Source of the DNA: an uncultured Acidobacteriaceae bacterium
GTDB lineage: Bacteria; Acidobacteriota; Terriglobia; Terriglobales; Acidobacteriaceae
Assembly (NCBI GenBank): GCA_963822225.1
Contig: CAWGGW010000002.1
Span: forward strand, 772,489 to 836,488
DNA: 64,000 nt
Direction of reading: 5' to 3'
Positions 51,168 to 61,329 of this stretch are shown here, piece after piece; within the stretch, counting starts at the first letter, position 1, and each line of letters starts with the position of its first letter. Made by a program: the position numbers and the translations under genes. The notes under the pieces were generated by a model. That model was given only the letters and a program-made list of their open reading frames with translations, was not told the origin of the DNA and ran no database searches.

Positions 51168-52400
51168 TCATGTGGTAACTTCGACGGTTTTGTTTTCGCG
51201 CGCCCGATTCGCTTCGTGGACGGCGCAGAGATACCACGCAAGCCACGCGGGCGCTGTCCAGAGATAGAAGGGCGAATGAAGCATCTGCGTGCCCCCTTGA
51301 AAGATGCCGATTTGGACCGCAGCGCTGGCCAACGCAAGCAGGGCAACTAAGGCCCGGGACCGTGTGGTGTAGACGGCGTGGAGTAGGGCCGGGATCAGGA
51401 TAGCCTGATCGACGAGCCACGTATATGGAGCGACGAGCACCGAGAGAATCATCACTGGCGAACCATGTTTGATCCAATCCCAATCGTCTCGGTGCCTCCG
51501 GTAGTGGTCTAGAGCCCAGACGATTCCACATGAGACCGGAAGAAACTGGAGCCACGTGGCCTCCGGGCTGAGGTCCCGGCGCAACGCAATGCTGAAGCAT
51601 GGAATAGGCACCCGGTCGGCGCGCGCCACGCTCATCATCTGGTGGTAGTGCGTCCATACCAGCGGATCGAGCCTCGTTGCAATGGCGGCGCTGATGCAGA
51701 GGGCAGCAGTCAGCCCAACAAGAATTTTGTAGTTTCGACTGGCGATCACCCAAGCCAAGAGCACAACACCGAAGGGTACAAAGAGATGTGGTTTCAGCAT
51801 GCAAAACCAAAGTGAGGCTCCCGCGTAGAGCGGACGCGAGCCATGGAGCCTGAGGAAAAGCACCAAGCCGAGCAAAACGATCAGCGACATTTGGCCGCAG
51901 GCCAGACAAACCATCGCGGGACCGAATGAATACCCCAACAGGTTGAGTGGGGTGGGTGGACGGCCGTGCATGTTCCAAATCACGACGACAGAACCGGTCA
52001 GGCAACAAATCGAGGCCAGCGTCCAGAATAGGAATGCCCATTGTGGCCCAAGGAAGCCGAGTGGTAGCACCAGGGCCAGAGAAGTCGGCGGATTTCTCAT
52101 AATGAGCGGCGGCTCGGAGGTTGGGTAGCCCGCGAATCGTTCCATCCGGGACACGGCGCTCGCATCGTAGGGGTTTGCCCGATGTACAAGCTGATGTCCG
52201 GCGGACCAGTACGTAACAAAGTCGCACAAGCCCGCGGAGCTCTTTCCGAGAAGCGATGCACAGATCCCAGCAGTGGTAAGGGTAAACGCGAGTGTGCAGA
52301 CACCGACGACTATGAAATCAGCCAGTACCCACAAGCTTCTCGATTTCGTCGCGCACCGCACGCCCTCAGCCGATAGCCCTCGGTCGAAAAAGCTGTTCAT
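51168..52400 (-). CDS. GT87/DUF2029-like GT-C glycosyltransferase
   Basis: DFVTYWSAG, NPY, NPP, GQ, LKPHL; polytopic membrane protein. Confidence 0.82.
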   Translation of the reverse strand: MNSFFDRGLSAEGVRCATKSRSLWVLADFIVVGVCTLAFTLTTAGICASLLGKSSAGLCDFVTYWSAGHQLVHRANPYDASAVSRMERFAGYPTSEPPLIMRNPPTSLALVLPLGFLGPQWAFLFWTLASICCLTGSVVVIWNMHGRPPTPLNLLGYSFGPAMVCLACGQMSLIVLLGLVLFLRLHGSRPLYAGASLWFCMLKPHLFVPFGVVLLAWVIASRNYKILVGLTAALCISAAIATRLDPLVWTHYHQMMSVARADRVPIPCFSIALRRDLSPEATWLQFLPVSCGIVWALDHYRRHRDDWDWIKHGSPVMILSVLVAPYTWLVDQAILIPALLHAVYTTRSRALVALLALASAAVQIGIFQGGTQMLHSPFYLWTAPAWLAWYLCAVHEANRARENKTVEVTT

Positions 52401-52449
52401 TGCGACTATTCCTCGTTGTGTCGCGATCGAATGTTAGGATCGGCAGTCA

Positions 52450-54009
52450 TCACTGAGGCGGTGGCGACGCGGAGGGTGCCGTAGATTGAGTTGCTCCTGT
52501 TGTGCCTCCTCCTGGAGACATGCTGCTGTCGATCTGCAAAGGCTGCTCGGGCTGCATGCTCTCGATCAGTTTCTCCACGGGCATGGTCGGCACGGGCGTC
52601 TTGGACTCGGCCGCCGACTCATCTGGCGTGGTCATCGGGATTCCCGACGCGGACGGAAGGAAGGTCTCCGGATACTTGAGCGCCGGCAGCGGCGCGCCAA
52701 CCGGCATGGGGTTTACGATCTCGGGGGTTACAATCACGATCAATTCGGTATTGGTCTGGGTCTTGTTGATCGACTGAAAAAATTTGCCGAGGATGGGCAC
52801 ATCGCCGATGAAAGGTATCTTCGATAACGTCTGATTCTCGCGATTATCGAGTAGTCCGCCGATGGCGAAGCTCTGCCCTTCGGCCAACTCAACTTCGGTT
52901 TTGACTCTACGAACGTCGAGGCCTGGGATGGTAAATCCCGAAACCGTTACACCATTCGCGTAGTCGAGCGAACTGACTTCCGGAGCGACCTGCAGTTGAA
53001 TGGTATTGCGCGGCGTGATCGTAGGAATGAAATTCAAGCGGACGCCGAATTCCTTGAACTGAATTGTCACGGCATTTCCTGCTCCCGAGGTGCCCTGCAC
53101 TACGGGATATGGATACTGACCGCCGGCGAGAATGCTTCCCTGTTTTCCATTCTCGGTAAGGACGTTCGGCTCCGCCAGAATCTGAACGATTTGGTTCGAT
53201 TCGAGCGCCTGAATCGTCGCGCCCAGGTTGATATCCGAGCGGAAGACAAAGATATTGAGCAAATTGGTTAATGCCGCTGTAGCTGCAGTTCCGGCGGTAG
53301 ACCCCGCCCCTGCAGTTCCCGGAGTAATGGTAGGGGGCGAGTACTGCTGGGTAGTGACCGAGCCGACAGTATTTGCTGCCCCAAGGCTGTAAAAGTTGAT
53401 GCCGAGTTGCTTCATTCGGGTGCGGTCGAGGCTGGCGAATCGCACCTTCAATAGGATCTGCGGTTGAGGGGCAGGCACATCGACGTAGAGCAGATTAACG
53501 ACCTTACCGCCGGTGGAAGCAATCTGAACGGCGCGTTCAGAGCTGGTTAGGTCCTTGACTGTGCCGCGAAGAAAGACGAGGCCATTTTCCGAAGTGATAC
53601 GGAGATTTTGCCCAGGAAGCTCAGTACGCAACTCGCGGCGCAGGGAGTCTAGCTTGTCGTTCATGACGTAGCTGTTCGGGCGAACCTGAACGTTGAAGAA
53701 TTGCCTACCCCCTCCGCGTTGCCAGACGATGAGGCTGGTTTCGCCGGCTACTTTGCCGTTCAGCATGATCTCGGTGGGGCTGACCGCCGTGGCTTCAGCG
53801 ATATCGCTCGAGCCTACCGCGACGCGCTGAATCGGCTGGGCGCAATCGACCAGCACAGATTTTCCTACCGCGACCACGAGGTCGTTTGCGGAGTCCTCCG
53901 CGGAGACTCCCGCGGACGAGGAAGGTGGAGCTTGGGCGTGAAGAGCCGGCTGAAACGCGAGAGAAAACGCGTACAGCAAAACAACAGAGATCTCGATTCT
54001 CGCTTTCAC
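52450..54009 (-). CDS. cpaC: Tad secretin CpaC/RcpA
   Basis: N-terminal pilus-formation domain, BON-like domain, LAEPN, KEFGVRL, IPILGKFF-type and TELIVIVTP motifs. Confidence 0.93.
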   Translation of the reverse strand: MKARIEISVVLLYAFSLAFQPALHAQAPPSSSAGVSAEDSANDLVVAVGKSVLVDCAQPIQRVAVGSSDIAEATAVSPTEIMLNGKVAGETSLIVWQRGGGRQFFNVQVRPNSYVMNDKLDSLRRELRTELPGQNLRITSENGLVFLRGTVKDLTSSERAVQIASTGGKVVNLLYVDVPAPQPQILLKVRFASLDRTRMKQLGINFYSLGAANTVGSVTTQQYSPPTITPGTAGAGSTAGTAATAALTNLLNIFVFRSDINLGATIQALESNQIVQILAEPNVLTENGKQGSILAGGQYPYPVVQGTSGAGNAVTIQFKEFGVRLNFIPTITPRNTIQLQVAPEVSSLDYANGVTVSGFTIPGLDVRRVKTEVELAEGQSFAIGGLLDNRENQTLSKIPFIGDVPILGKFFQSINKTQTNTELIVIVTPEIVNPMPVGAPLPALKYPETFLPSASGIPMTTPDESAAESKTPVPTMPVEKLIESMQPEQPLQIDSSMSPGGGTTGATQSTAPSASPPPQ

Positions 54010-54869
54010 TGTTTCTCCTCACCTGGGGCAAATTTCTGCTCGCTCTGCTTCGAACCGTTGTAGACCTGGATCACATAGACCTCGGGTGCCTTCTTGGGCT
54101 CTGTGTGGGGTGCAGCAGGGGCGGCGAGATGTGGCTTCGGGGGAGGTGGTGCGGCGTTCTTGTCCTGATAGAGATTGGCGACAGCCGTTCCTGTTGGTGC
54201 AGCGACCTGGGTGTCCAGGGGATTTCGCAGGACGAGTTGGATATGGGTCTGGCTGCTCGCAAGGCTCAGGTCTTCTGCTTGGTCAGGGGTGACCAGTAGA
54301 TTGACCACCTGAACCTGTTGCGGCTTTCCTTCTCCATCTTTCTGAATATCGGTACCCGCCGACAGAACTTCTATGTTCTGGAGCAGTGTCTTCACTCTTG
54401 GTCCATCGATCGGGTCTGTCGATCCGGGAGGGTTACCCGAAATGAGAACGTCAACGCGCATCCCTGGCGTTACAAACCCAGCCACGCCTACGACTTCATC
54501 CACCTTGATGGCACAAGCCCTCATGCCGGGAGGGATAGTCGCTGCGAGACCTCCGCCCGCTCCGGGTGCCGCAAGACGGTTCTCGAGAATCGGCTCTCCT
54601 TTGTATAGATCGGAGATTACTCCTCGGCCAACAGCTTCTTGACGAGAGACGATCGCCCCTTCGGGCAAAGTTCCTCCGATTTCCACAGTCCCAAGATCGG
54701 AATCGCGAAGTACACTTCCGAGCTTGATGTCTGTTGCCGCTACGATCACCTGGGTAGTCTTGGGCTGCGCTGCTGCGATATGGCTGTCTACGACACGGTA
54801 GACCACATAGCTGCATACCGCAGCGATCACGAAAGCGCTCAAAAGAATCAACTGAACTCTTCTGTTCAT
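54006..54869 (-). CDS. cpaB: Flp pilus assembly protein CpaB/RcpC
   Basis: N-terminal TM, SAF domain, GMRA, GVAGFVTPGMRVDV, LVLRNP.D. Confidence 0.93.
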   Translation of the reverse strand: MNRRVQLILLSAFVIAAVCSYVVYRVVDSHIAAAQPKTTQVIVAATDIKLGSVLRDSDLGTVEIGGTLPEGAIVSRQEAVGRGVISDLYKGEPILENRLAAPGAGGGLAATIPPGMRACAIKVDEVVGVAGFVTPGMRVDVLISGNPPGSTDPIDGPRVKTLLQNIEVLSAGTDIQKDGEGKPQQVQVVNLLVTPDQAEDLSLASSQTHIQLVLRNPLDTQVAAPTGTAVANLYQDKNAAPPPPKPHLAAPAAPHTEPKKAPEVYVIQVYNGSKQSEQKFAPGEEKQ

Positions 54870-54923
54870 TGAGGGACCTGTTCGAACTGGCTGTCGAGCC
54901 AGTTCTGCTTTTACATGCCTAGT

Positions 54924-54939
54924 GGCAATTCCTGTGCCA
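54924..54939 (-). promoter_or_regulatory. sigma54 promoter of cpaB-cpaC-GT87
   Basis: TGGCACAGGAATTGCC. Confidence 0.8.
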
Positions 54940-55098
54940 AAACAGGGGACCTGAAGCTGTCGTCAAATCAGGGGTTTACAGATTGGGTGCAAATGCAAGT
55001 GTGAACGCTTGTATACCAACCGTCCCCCCTGTGTAGCCGGGTAGACACGTTGTCTGCCCGCAGCTCCCTATTTTGCAGAGACTTGCGAGGATATTGGA

Positions 55099-55114
55099 TG
55101 GTCTAATAATTGCA
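55099..55114 (+). promoter_or_regulatory. possible sigma54 promoter of the TonB-like gene
   Basis: TGGTCTAATAATTGCA, GG-N10-GC. Confidence 0.55.
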
Positions 55115-55220
55115 ACTTTCCTAGCGGAAGCCTCCTCGGCGAAAGGCGTTTCGACGAGCTCCGTAAACCTTAGGTTTAGTCTCAAACTTGCGATATCGGC
55201 GCTTAGGAGTTCCGCCGACC

Positions 55221-56771
55221 ATGAAACCTAGCAGCCTGATTACGCTTTTCGCCCCGTCGCAGTCCCCGCCTCCTAAAGGGGCGTCCTCATACCTCGTGTC
55301 GATTCTGGCGCACGTCGTGGGCTTCGCATGGTTATTCTTCGGACTCAGCCACACCCCGCAAATCGACACAAAACCCAATTTACGGCGGTTTTCCGTACGG
55401 CTTCTGGAGGTGCCTGAAACCGTTCCACAGCCCCGACAGGCATCGGGGCAGAGCGCCACTGCAAAAGGCGCCTCGGAGGCGGTCGCCCGCGCCCTTGCGG
55501 CGGACGAATCTCCGGCTCCCGCCCCTTCGGCTGCGGCGCAGCCGACTAGCCCGGTCCATCAGTCGCAGATTCTGGTGCAGCCCGATGCCCCACCCGACGT
55601 GGTTCTCCAGCGAAGGATGCCCGTGCCTACCGTCTTTCTGTGGACTGCCGAGAACTCTCGAGTCGTCAAGCCGATCGTCCAGGCTCCGCAGCAGAAGTCA
55701 ATTGTCGCCAAACTTAGGCCATCGATCGAGCCGCCTAATCGCGAAGTGAACGTGGCCGACATCCGGCTGGCATCGACCAATGTCACGACTGCATTGAAGT
55801 CCCTGGCAGCAAGTACGACCTCGCCGATTGTCGTCAGCGCACCTGAACCAGTCAAGCAACAGATACCCGAGACCGTCTTGAAGCCCGGGGCGGAACCCAC
55901 TCCAGTCCGAATGATGTCTCTCTCCGACTTTCAGCAACAGGGACCTGTTGCGATCCCGCTGGCTAACGCGACCTCGCGCCCCTCAACTTCAAATTCACTA
56001 TCGACGGGCAGGGCGACGAACTCCGCAGACGCCAGCCATAGCAGCCAGGACAATAATAAGGCGGGCGTAGGCTCGGGACAAGGCTCAGGATCTTCGCAGA
56101 ATTCGGTTGTTTCAGTGAATAAAGGCGCTGCCGGGAGTGGCACGAATGCTCAGGCCGGAGCTAACTCGAATAAGGGCACCACCGGAACCGGAGCGGATTC
56201 TAAGCTTGCCGCCACAGGCAAAGGCGTTGGGGGAGCGGGTACACAGGCTGCCGCAAATCCAGGGCCGGGTCAGGAGTCTGGCGGCGGTTCGGGCACGCCG
56301 CTTGCTGGTCCCGTAACTCACATCGTTTTGCCCAAAGATGGGCAGTTCGGAGTCGTGGTCGTGGGATCGTCGCTTGCCGAGCAATATCCCGAAATCATCA
56401 ATGTTTGGGGCGGTAGGCTGGTCTATTCGGTATACCTGCATGTGGGAGGAGGCAAGAACTGGATCCTCCAATACTCTGTTCCAACTGCAACCGGCGGGGC
56501 GGGCAACGTGCGGCCGGATGCGCCTTGGCCATTCGACATCGTACGGCCTCGTTTCGACCCGAACGACTTCAACTCGGACGCGTTGCTAGTCCATGGCTTC
56601 GTTAATTCAGCGGGACACTTCGAGCGGCTTGCACTTGTGTTTCCTACCGAGTTTGCCAAAGCTAAGTTTCTGCTAAGCGCCCTGCAGCAATGGGAGTTCA
56701 GGCCTGCGCGTCAGAATGGGCAGGCCGCCGCGGTGGAGGTTCTGTTGATCATTCCGGAAGAGACGGAGTGA
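55221..56771 (+). CDS. TonB/TolA-like membrane-anchored protein
   Basis: TM with S-x3-H (SILAH), long Pro/Ser/Gly-rich spacer, C-terminal ALQQWEFRPARQNGQ TonB-C-like motif. Confidence 0.7.
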   Translation: MKPSSLITLFAPSQSPPPKGASSYLVSILAHVVGFAWLFFGLSHTPQIDTKPNLRRFSVRLLEVPETVPQPRQASGQSATAKGASEAVARALAADESPAPAPSAAAQPTSPVHQSQILVQPDAPPDVVLQRRMPVPTVFLWTAENSRVVKPIVQAPQQKSIVAKLRPSIEPPNREVNVADIRLASTNVTTALKSLAASTTSPIVVSAPEPVKQQIPETVLKPGAEPTPVRMMSLSDFQQQGPVAIPLANATSRPSTSNSLSTGRATNSADASHSSQDNNKAGVGSGQGSGSSQNSVVSVNKGAAGSGTNAQAGANSNKGTTGTGADSKLAATGKGVGGAGTQAAANPGPGQESGGGSGTPLAGPVTHIVLPKDGQFGVVVVGSSLAEQYPEIINVWGGRLVYSVYLHVGGGKNWILQYSVPTATGGAGNVRPDAPWPFDIVRPRFDPNDFNSDALLVHGFVNSAGHFERLALVFPTEFAKAKFLLSALQQWEFRPARQNGQAAAVEVLLIIPEETE

Positions 56772-56865
56772 GGGCTCACCGGAGCTTTTAGACTCCGTTT
56801 GTATCGACTGCAAGCCAATCCGCGCGATGCCCCCACGATTGTCTCTTCGGAGGATTTTCATCCCC

Positions 56866-57282
56866 TCATTGGGGTAATCTTTTGTCAGCTTGGACGTACT
56901 TCAGAAACGCTTGAATGTCCCTTGCACCTGCCGTTGCCGTTGGCAGGCTCCGCATTTTAGGAGAATCTTTTTCCGGAAAGATGAATGCGAAGCCGACCCC
57001 ATCTACGCTGGATCGAATTACCATCGCATTTACAGCGATCGCGCGATGGGGATCGGTGGCCTCGGCGCGGACCCTTTGCAATGTCATTGCCAACACGGTG
57101 TCCGGATACCATCGCTGTTTTGTGAGAAGGTATAGCCCTGACATGCTCACATCAAGGACGCCGTGTGCAATTGGTTCTGCCCCATCCCAGTAATAAGCGA
57201 CCACCGGAAGCAACTTATGGCGTTCGGCATGCCGCCGGTCCTCCGCAAACAGCCATTGAAGGCAATTTTTCACCAGGTTCAC
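56866..57282 (-). CDS. PilZ-domain protein
   Basis: RRHAER (RxxxR) and DVSMSG (DxSxxG) c-di-GMP motifs. Confidence 0.85.
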   Translation of the reverse strand: MNLVKNCLQWLFAEDRRHAERHKLLPVVAYYWDGAEPIAHGVLDVSMSGLYLLTKQRWYPDTVLAMTLQRVRAEATDPHRAIAVNAMVIRSSVDGVGFAFIFPEKDSPKMRSLPTATAGARDIQAFLKYVQADKRLPQ

Positions 57283-57303
57283 GACGTACCTCCGGGTTTG
57301 TTC

Positions 57304-57720
57304 TCAACCTGTTCCCGTCGCCTGCGGCGAGGTGCGGCTCAGCCATCGCTCCATCTCTTCTGCGATGCAGATTAACAACTGGTCTCCAACCTGCGTTTGT
57401 GTCGAATAGATCGTGTGTGCCGCCAGTTCCAGAACACTGTGCGCCTGGGTTCGCAGCGGCGCGATGCGGAATGTGGGGAAATGCTCCATCAGGTGAATGA
57501 CCCGATGCTGGTCATCTAGATATATCAGGTCAAGAGGGACGAGAACGCCAATCGTGTGTACACCGCTGGAGGGTACAACCCAAATGCCTTCATCGGATTT
57601 CAGGCTGAGTTTACCGATTAATCCTCTGAGGCGTGCGAACGGGGTGGCTGCGGCAGTAACGCCGAGACTAAGAAAACATTCGCGGGTTTGGTTGTAGATA
57701 CAATATTTCTGTCGTTCCAT
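57304..57720 (-). CDS. DUF192-family protein
   Basis: RLRGLIG, VHTIG, PLDLIYLD, SVLEL. Confidence 0.85.
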   Translation of the reverse strand: MERQKYCIYNQTRECFLSLGVTAAATPFARLRGLIGKLSLKSDEGIWVVPSSGVHTIGVLVPLDLIYLDDQHRVIHLMEHFPTFRIAPLRTQAHSVLELAAHTIYSTQTQVGDQLLICIAEEMERWLSRTSPQATGTG

Positions 57721-57993
57721 ATATACCCCGCTATCAGCGAGCGCCGTAACCTAAGCGGCCCATTCTCGGATGTCGCCTTTCACATCTTTTCGACCACCAT
57801 ATTCGGAGAGACACTAGCCGCCACCGAGTCTGCCCGGGGACGAAAGCCAATCTCGGGTATTGCAACTAAGGCCCGTGGTAAAGCCAGAAAACTACAAGCA
57901 CTCCCAATTGCTTCCTATAATTAGCTGCCTGGAATCTCTTCTGACGAGCGGCTTACACCACGGGCCATTTACGGGAATTGACAAAACGCGTCT

Positions 57994-58089
57994 TTAGTGA
58001 ACCTTGGTGCGCCGGCGCTGAATGAGAAATAGCAGCACAATCACAACAAGAACGCCTGCAACTACTCTAATAATCGTTACGTTGTCCAC
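57994..58089 (-). CDS. 31-aa single-TM small protein (not in the ORF track)
   Basis: AAAGGAGG RBS, GTG start, MDNVTIIRVVAGVLVVIVLLFLIQRRRTKVH, TAA. Confidence 0.75.
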   Translation of the reverse strand: MDNVTIIRVVAGVLVVIVLLFLIQRRRTKVH

Positions 58090-58107
58090 GTCGATCCTCC
58101 TTTCTGT

Positions 58108-59019
58108 CTAGTGGGAAAGATACTTCTGAAAAGACTCAGCCATAATAATCGCCTCAGGGCCAAGCGTGACCACGAAGAGTGAGGGAAAGATAAAGAAAAC
58201 AAGTGGGAAGATGAGCTTGATACTGGTCTTTGCCGCCTGCTCTTCGATTTGTTGGCGGCGTTGAGTCCTGAGGGTGTCGGAATGAACCCGCAAGGTCTTG
58301 GAGATACTCGTCCCGAGCTGTTCGGATTGCACGAGTACAGAAACCAGGACACGCACCGTGTCAACGTCGGTGCGATCCGCAAACTGCTTCCAGGCGTCAG
58401 AGCGAAGGCGTCCCGCCCGTTGCTCCAGTACGACAATGTCCATTTCGTCACTGAGGGCTGGGCGCGCTAACCGAAGTTCCTCCGCCGTCCGCGATGTCGC
58501 CTGGTCCATGCTGAGGCCAGCTTCGATGCAGATTACCAGAAAATCCAGTGCATCCGGCAGGCCGAGTCTGATCTCCTTCTGTCGTTTCGATATCTCTCTG
58601 CCAAGCCAGAAGTCCGGCAGCAGGAACCCAAGTCCCAACGTAGAGACATAGGCGAAGAAAGGGCTATAGCTGGCAGCCCCGGTAATAATTGCCAGGAAGC
58701 AGAGAGTCAGAGGCACCAGTACTTTCGCCCCGTAGAAGACCTTAACCGCGGATTCCTTGCGAAATCCAGCGCGGATTAGGCGCTTTTCCACGATCGAAAC
58801 CTCCGCGTCGCTCTTCGGCAGCACGCGGTCCAGCCGTTCCACGATTCCTCCGATGGAGGAGCCGGTTTGCTGAATAGTGTTCAGGAAGTCACCCCTCTTA
58901 GGGCGAGGACTGACGACTGCGCTGATGCGCTGAAGCATGGCTTGTCGATAAAACAGAAGCAGGCCGGCGCTGGTACACAGTAGAAAGATCACTACAAAAC
59001 TGAATAGCGCGATCGCCAT
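58108..59019 (-). CDS. tadC: Tad platform protein TadC
   Basis: LPDALDFLVICIEAGL, QSEQLGTSI, KLIFPL. Confidence 0.93.
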   Translation of the reverse strand: MAIALFSFVVIFLLCTSAGLLLFYRQAMLQRISAVVSPRPKRGDFLNTIQQTGSSIGGIVERLDRVLPKSDAEVSIVEKRLIRAGFRKESAVKVFYGAKVLVPLTLCFLAIITGAASYSPFFAYVSTLGLGFLLPDFWLGREISKRQKEIRLGLPDALDFLVICIEAGLSMDQATSRTAEELRLARPALSDEMDIVVLEQRAGRLRSDAWKQFADRTDVDTVRVLVSVLVQSEQLGTSISKTLRVHSDTLRTQRRQQIEEQAAKTSIKLIFPLVFFIFPSLFVVTLGPEAIIMAESFQKYLSH

Positions 59020-59029
59020 TTGCTTGTCC

Positions 59030-60001
59030 TCACACTTCCATGTTGACGATCTTACGAATGATCGCTGCGCCCGCGAGCGTCATGCCAGCGGCGATATAGA
59101 GCAGCTTGAGACCGATCGGGCGCTTCCATAAAATGCTCATCGTTTCAGAATTGACGAGATAAAGCAGCACTCCCAAAACTACAGGCAGGAAAGACAGAAT
59201 CCATCCGGTCAAGCGTCCCTGGGCGGTGTGCACCCGGACTTGCCGTTTCAAGCGGAATCTATCCCTAATTAACTGCGCTGCCTTGTCCAAAACCTCGGCC
59301 AAATTCCCTCCACTTTCTTTCTGGATGAGGATCGCCGTCGACACCAGCCTGAGGTCCTGAAGGGGCATTCGGGTGACCATATTCTCCAAGGCATTTCTCA
59401 GATCGAGTCCATAATTTTGCTCCTCGAAACAGAGGCGGAATTCTGCTCCGATTGGGTCAGGAGATTCCTGGGCGACGAGGCGAAGCGCGGCAACCAAACT
59501 ATGGCCGGCGCGCAGAGCACTTACCATCAGATCCAGAGCCTCAGGGAGTCCTTGCTCAAATGCGTTGAATCGCCGCCGTCGCTTCGATAAAACAAAAGCG
59601 ATCGGAGCGTACCCTAGGAGTGCCCCGAGCATTAGCGAGAAGATCAGGGCTTCAGTTCGCTTATAGATCAGGTATGAGGGGACCACAAAGCAAATCAGCG
59701 ACATCAGCAGCAGTCGTCCAGCTGTCCAGTTGAGATCCGCCTGCTTAAGCAGCAGGCGCAATCGCGGCGCGAGTTCAACATTCTGCAGCCAGCTATTCAG
59801 CCACGGAACCGCGCTCAGCATTTCGTTCTTGCGGAGATCTACTATCTGGTCGCGCGATTCCCGAGTAATCGATGCGAGAGCCGACTCTAGGTTTGAGAGA
59901 GTCTGCTTCGCTCGTTGGGAAGCATTAACTCCGCCGGCCATCATCAGCAAGGCGAACACCGCGAATACGCCCACGAAGACAATTACCACGATCATGAACA
60001 T
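59030..60001 (-). CDS. tadB: Tad platform protein TadB
   Basis: LPEALDLMVSALRAGH, QKESGGNLAE, TAQGR. Confidence 0.93.
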   Translation of the reverse strand: MFMIVVIVFVGVFAVFALLMMAGGVNASQRAKQTLSNLESALASITRESRDQIVDLRKNEMLSAVPWLNSWLQNVELAPRLRLLLKQADLNWTAGRLLLMSLICFVVPSYLIYKRTEALIFSLMLGALLGYAPIAFVLSKRRRRFNAFEQGLPEALDLMVSALRAGHSLVAALRLVAQESPDPIGAEFRLCFEEQNYGLDLRNALENMVTRMPLQDLRLVSTAILIQKESGGNLAEVLDKAAQLIRDRFRLKRQVRVHTAQGRLTGWILSFLPVVLGVLLYLVNSETMSILWKRPIGLKLLYIAAGMTLAGAAIIRKIVNMEV

Positions 60002-60018
60002 ATCGTTACCTCACCTTC

Positions 60019-61299
60019 TCAGTTCACTTCCAGAGTCTGCTCAAACAAGCTGTGCGGAAGGAAAATGCCTGCGATTCGAAGCCGTTCCAGGAACTTAGGA
60101 CGTATTTGAGTCGGCTGGAATACGCCGACAACTTTGCCGTCCGGCCCGACACCTCTGCGATTGAAACGGAATATCTCCTGCATACTGACGACGTTTTCTT
60201 CCATCCCCGTGATTTCCGAGATATTGACTACTTTGCGGGTGCCGTCGCTCATTCGCGAAACCTGAACGATGATCGCGATTGCCGAAGCGATCTGCTGTCG
60301 CACCGTTCTCTCGGGTACGTTCAAATTACTCATTGCGACCATAGACTCGAGCCTGGTTAGGGCGTCGCGCGGACTGTTTGCGTGAATGGTCGTCATTGAG
60401 CCTTCGTGGCCAGTGTTCATCGCCTGCAGCATGTCGAAAGCTTCCTCTCCGCGGACCTCGCCGATGATGATGCGATCGGGACGCATACGCAGGCTATTAA
60501 TGAGTAACTGGCGTTGGCGGACCGCTCCCTGGCCTTCGATGTTGGGTGGGCGCGTCTCGCAACGCACAATGTTCTCCATCGCCAACTGCAACTCAGCCGC
60601 ATCCTCTATGGTGACGATTCGCTCCCCTTTAGGCACATGTTGCGACAGGATGTTTAATAGGGTGGTCTTCCCTGCTCCCGTGCCGCCCGACACTAGGATG
60701 CTGATACGTGCCCGCACGGCGGCGGCCAGCGTTTCCATCATCTCCTGGGAAATACTCTTGAGTTCCACCAGTTGACTCGGAGTCAAAGGACCGGTCGCGA
60801 AGCGTCGGATGGATAGTGCAGGTCCATCGAGTGTCAAAGGCGGAATAATGGCATTGACGCGGGACCCGTCAGGCAGGCGAGCGTCGACCATGGGCGAGGA
60901 CTCATCCACTCTGCGCCCCACGCGCGACACGATGCGGTCGATGATCTGAAGCAGATGGCGGTCATCCCGGAACGCCACATTCACCCTCTGCAGGATTCCG
61001 CGCCTCTCAATAAAGACATGATCTCTATCGTTAACCAGGATGTCTGAAATCGTCGGATCGTTGAGCAGCGGTTCGAGGGGCCCGAGACCGAATACCTCAT
61101 CCAGCAAATCGTCTTGGACTTTCTCTTGCTCGTCGTAGCTTAAGGGCACGCGCTGCGCAACTACGATCTCCGTGATCATCCCGGCTACGGCCTGCCTCGC
61201 TTGACTGGAGTTGACGCGAGACAGCTTTTCCAGATCCAGCTTTGAGATCAGAGTTCGATGTATCTCGGTTTTCAGTTTTTCTAGTTCTGGTTGTTCCAC
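60019..61299 (-). CDS. cpaF: Tad ATPase CpaF/TadA
   Basis: GGTGAGKTT Walker [33 protein letters not shown]. Confidence 0.96.
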   Translation of the reverse strand: MEQPELEKLKTEIHRTLISKLDLEKLSRVNSSQARQAVAGMITEIVVAQRVPLSYDEQEKVQDDLLDEVFGLGPLEPLLNDPTISDILVNDRDHVFIERRGILQRVNVAFRDDRHLLQIIDRIVSRVGRRVDESSPMVDARLPDGSRVNAIIPPLTLDGPALSIRRFATGPLTPSQLVELKSISQEMMETLAAAVRARISILVSGGTGAGKTTLLNILSQHVPKGERIVTIEDAAELQLAMENIVRCETRPPNIEGQGAVRQRQLLINSLRMRPDRIIIGEVRGEEAFDMLQAMNTGHEGSMTTIHANSPRDALTRLESMVAMSNLNVPERTVRQQIASAIAIIVQVSRMSDGTRKVVNISEITGMEENVVSMQEIFRFNRRGVGPDGKVVGVFQPTQIRPKFLERLRIAGIFLPHSLFEQTLEVN

Positions 61300-61329
61300 G
61301 TTATGTATCCCCGTAACTCAAGCTAAGCA

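Noticed and set aside
57860-57890. sigma54 promoter for the DUF192-PilZ pair
   Set aside because: Candidate boxes do not meet GG-N10-GC spacing.
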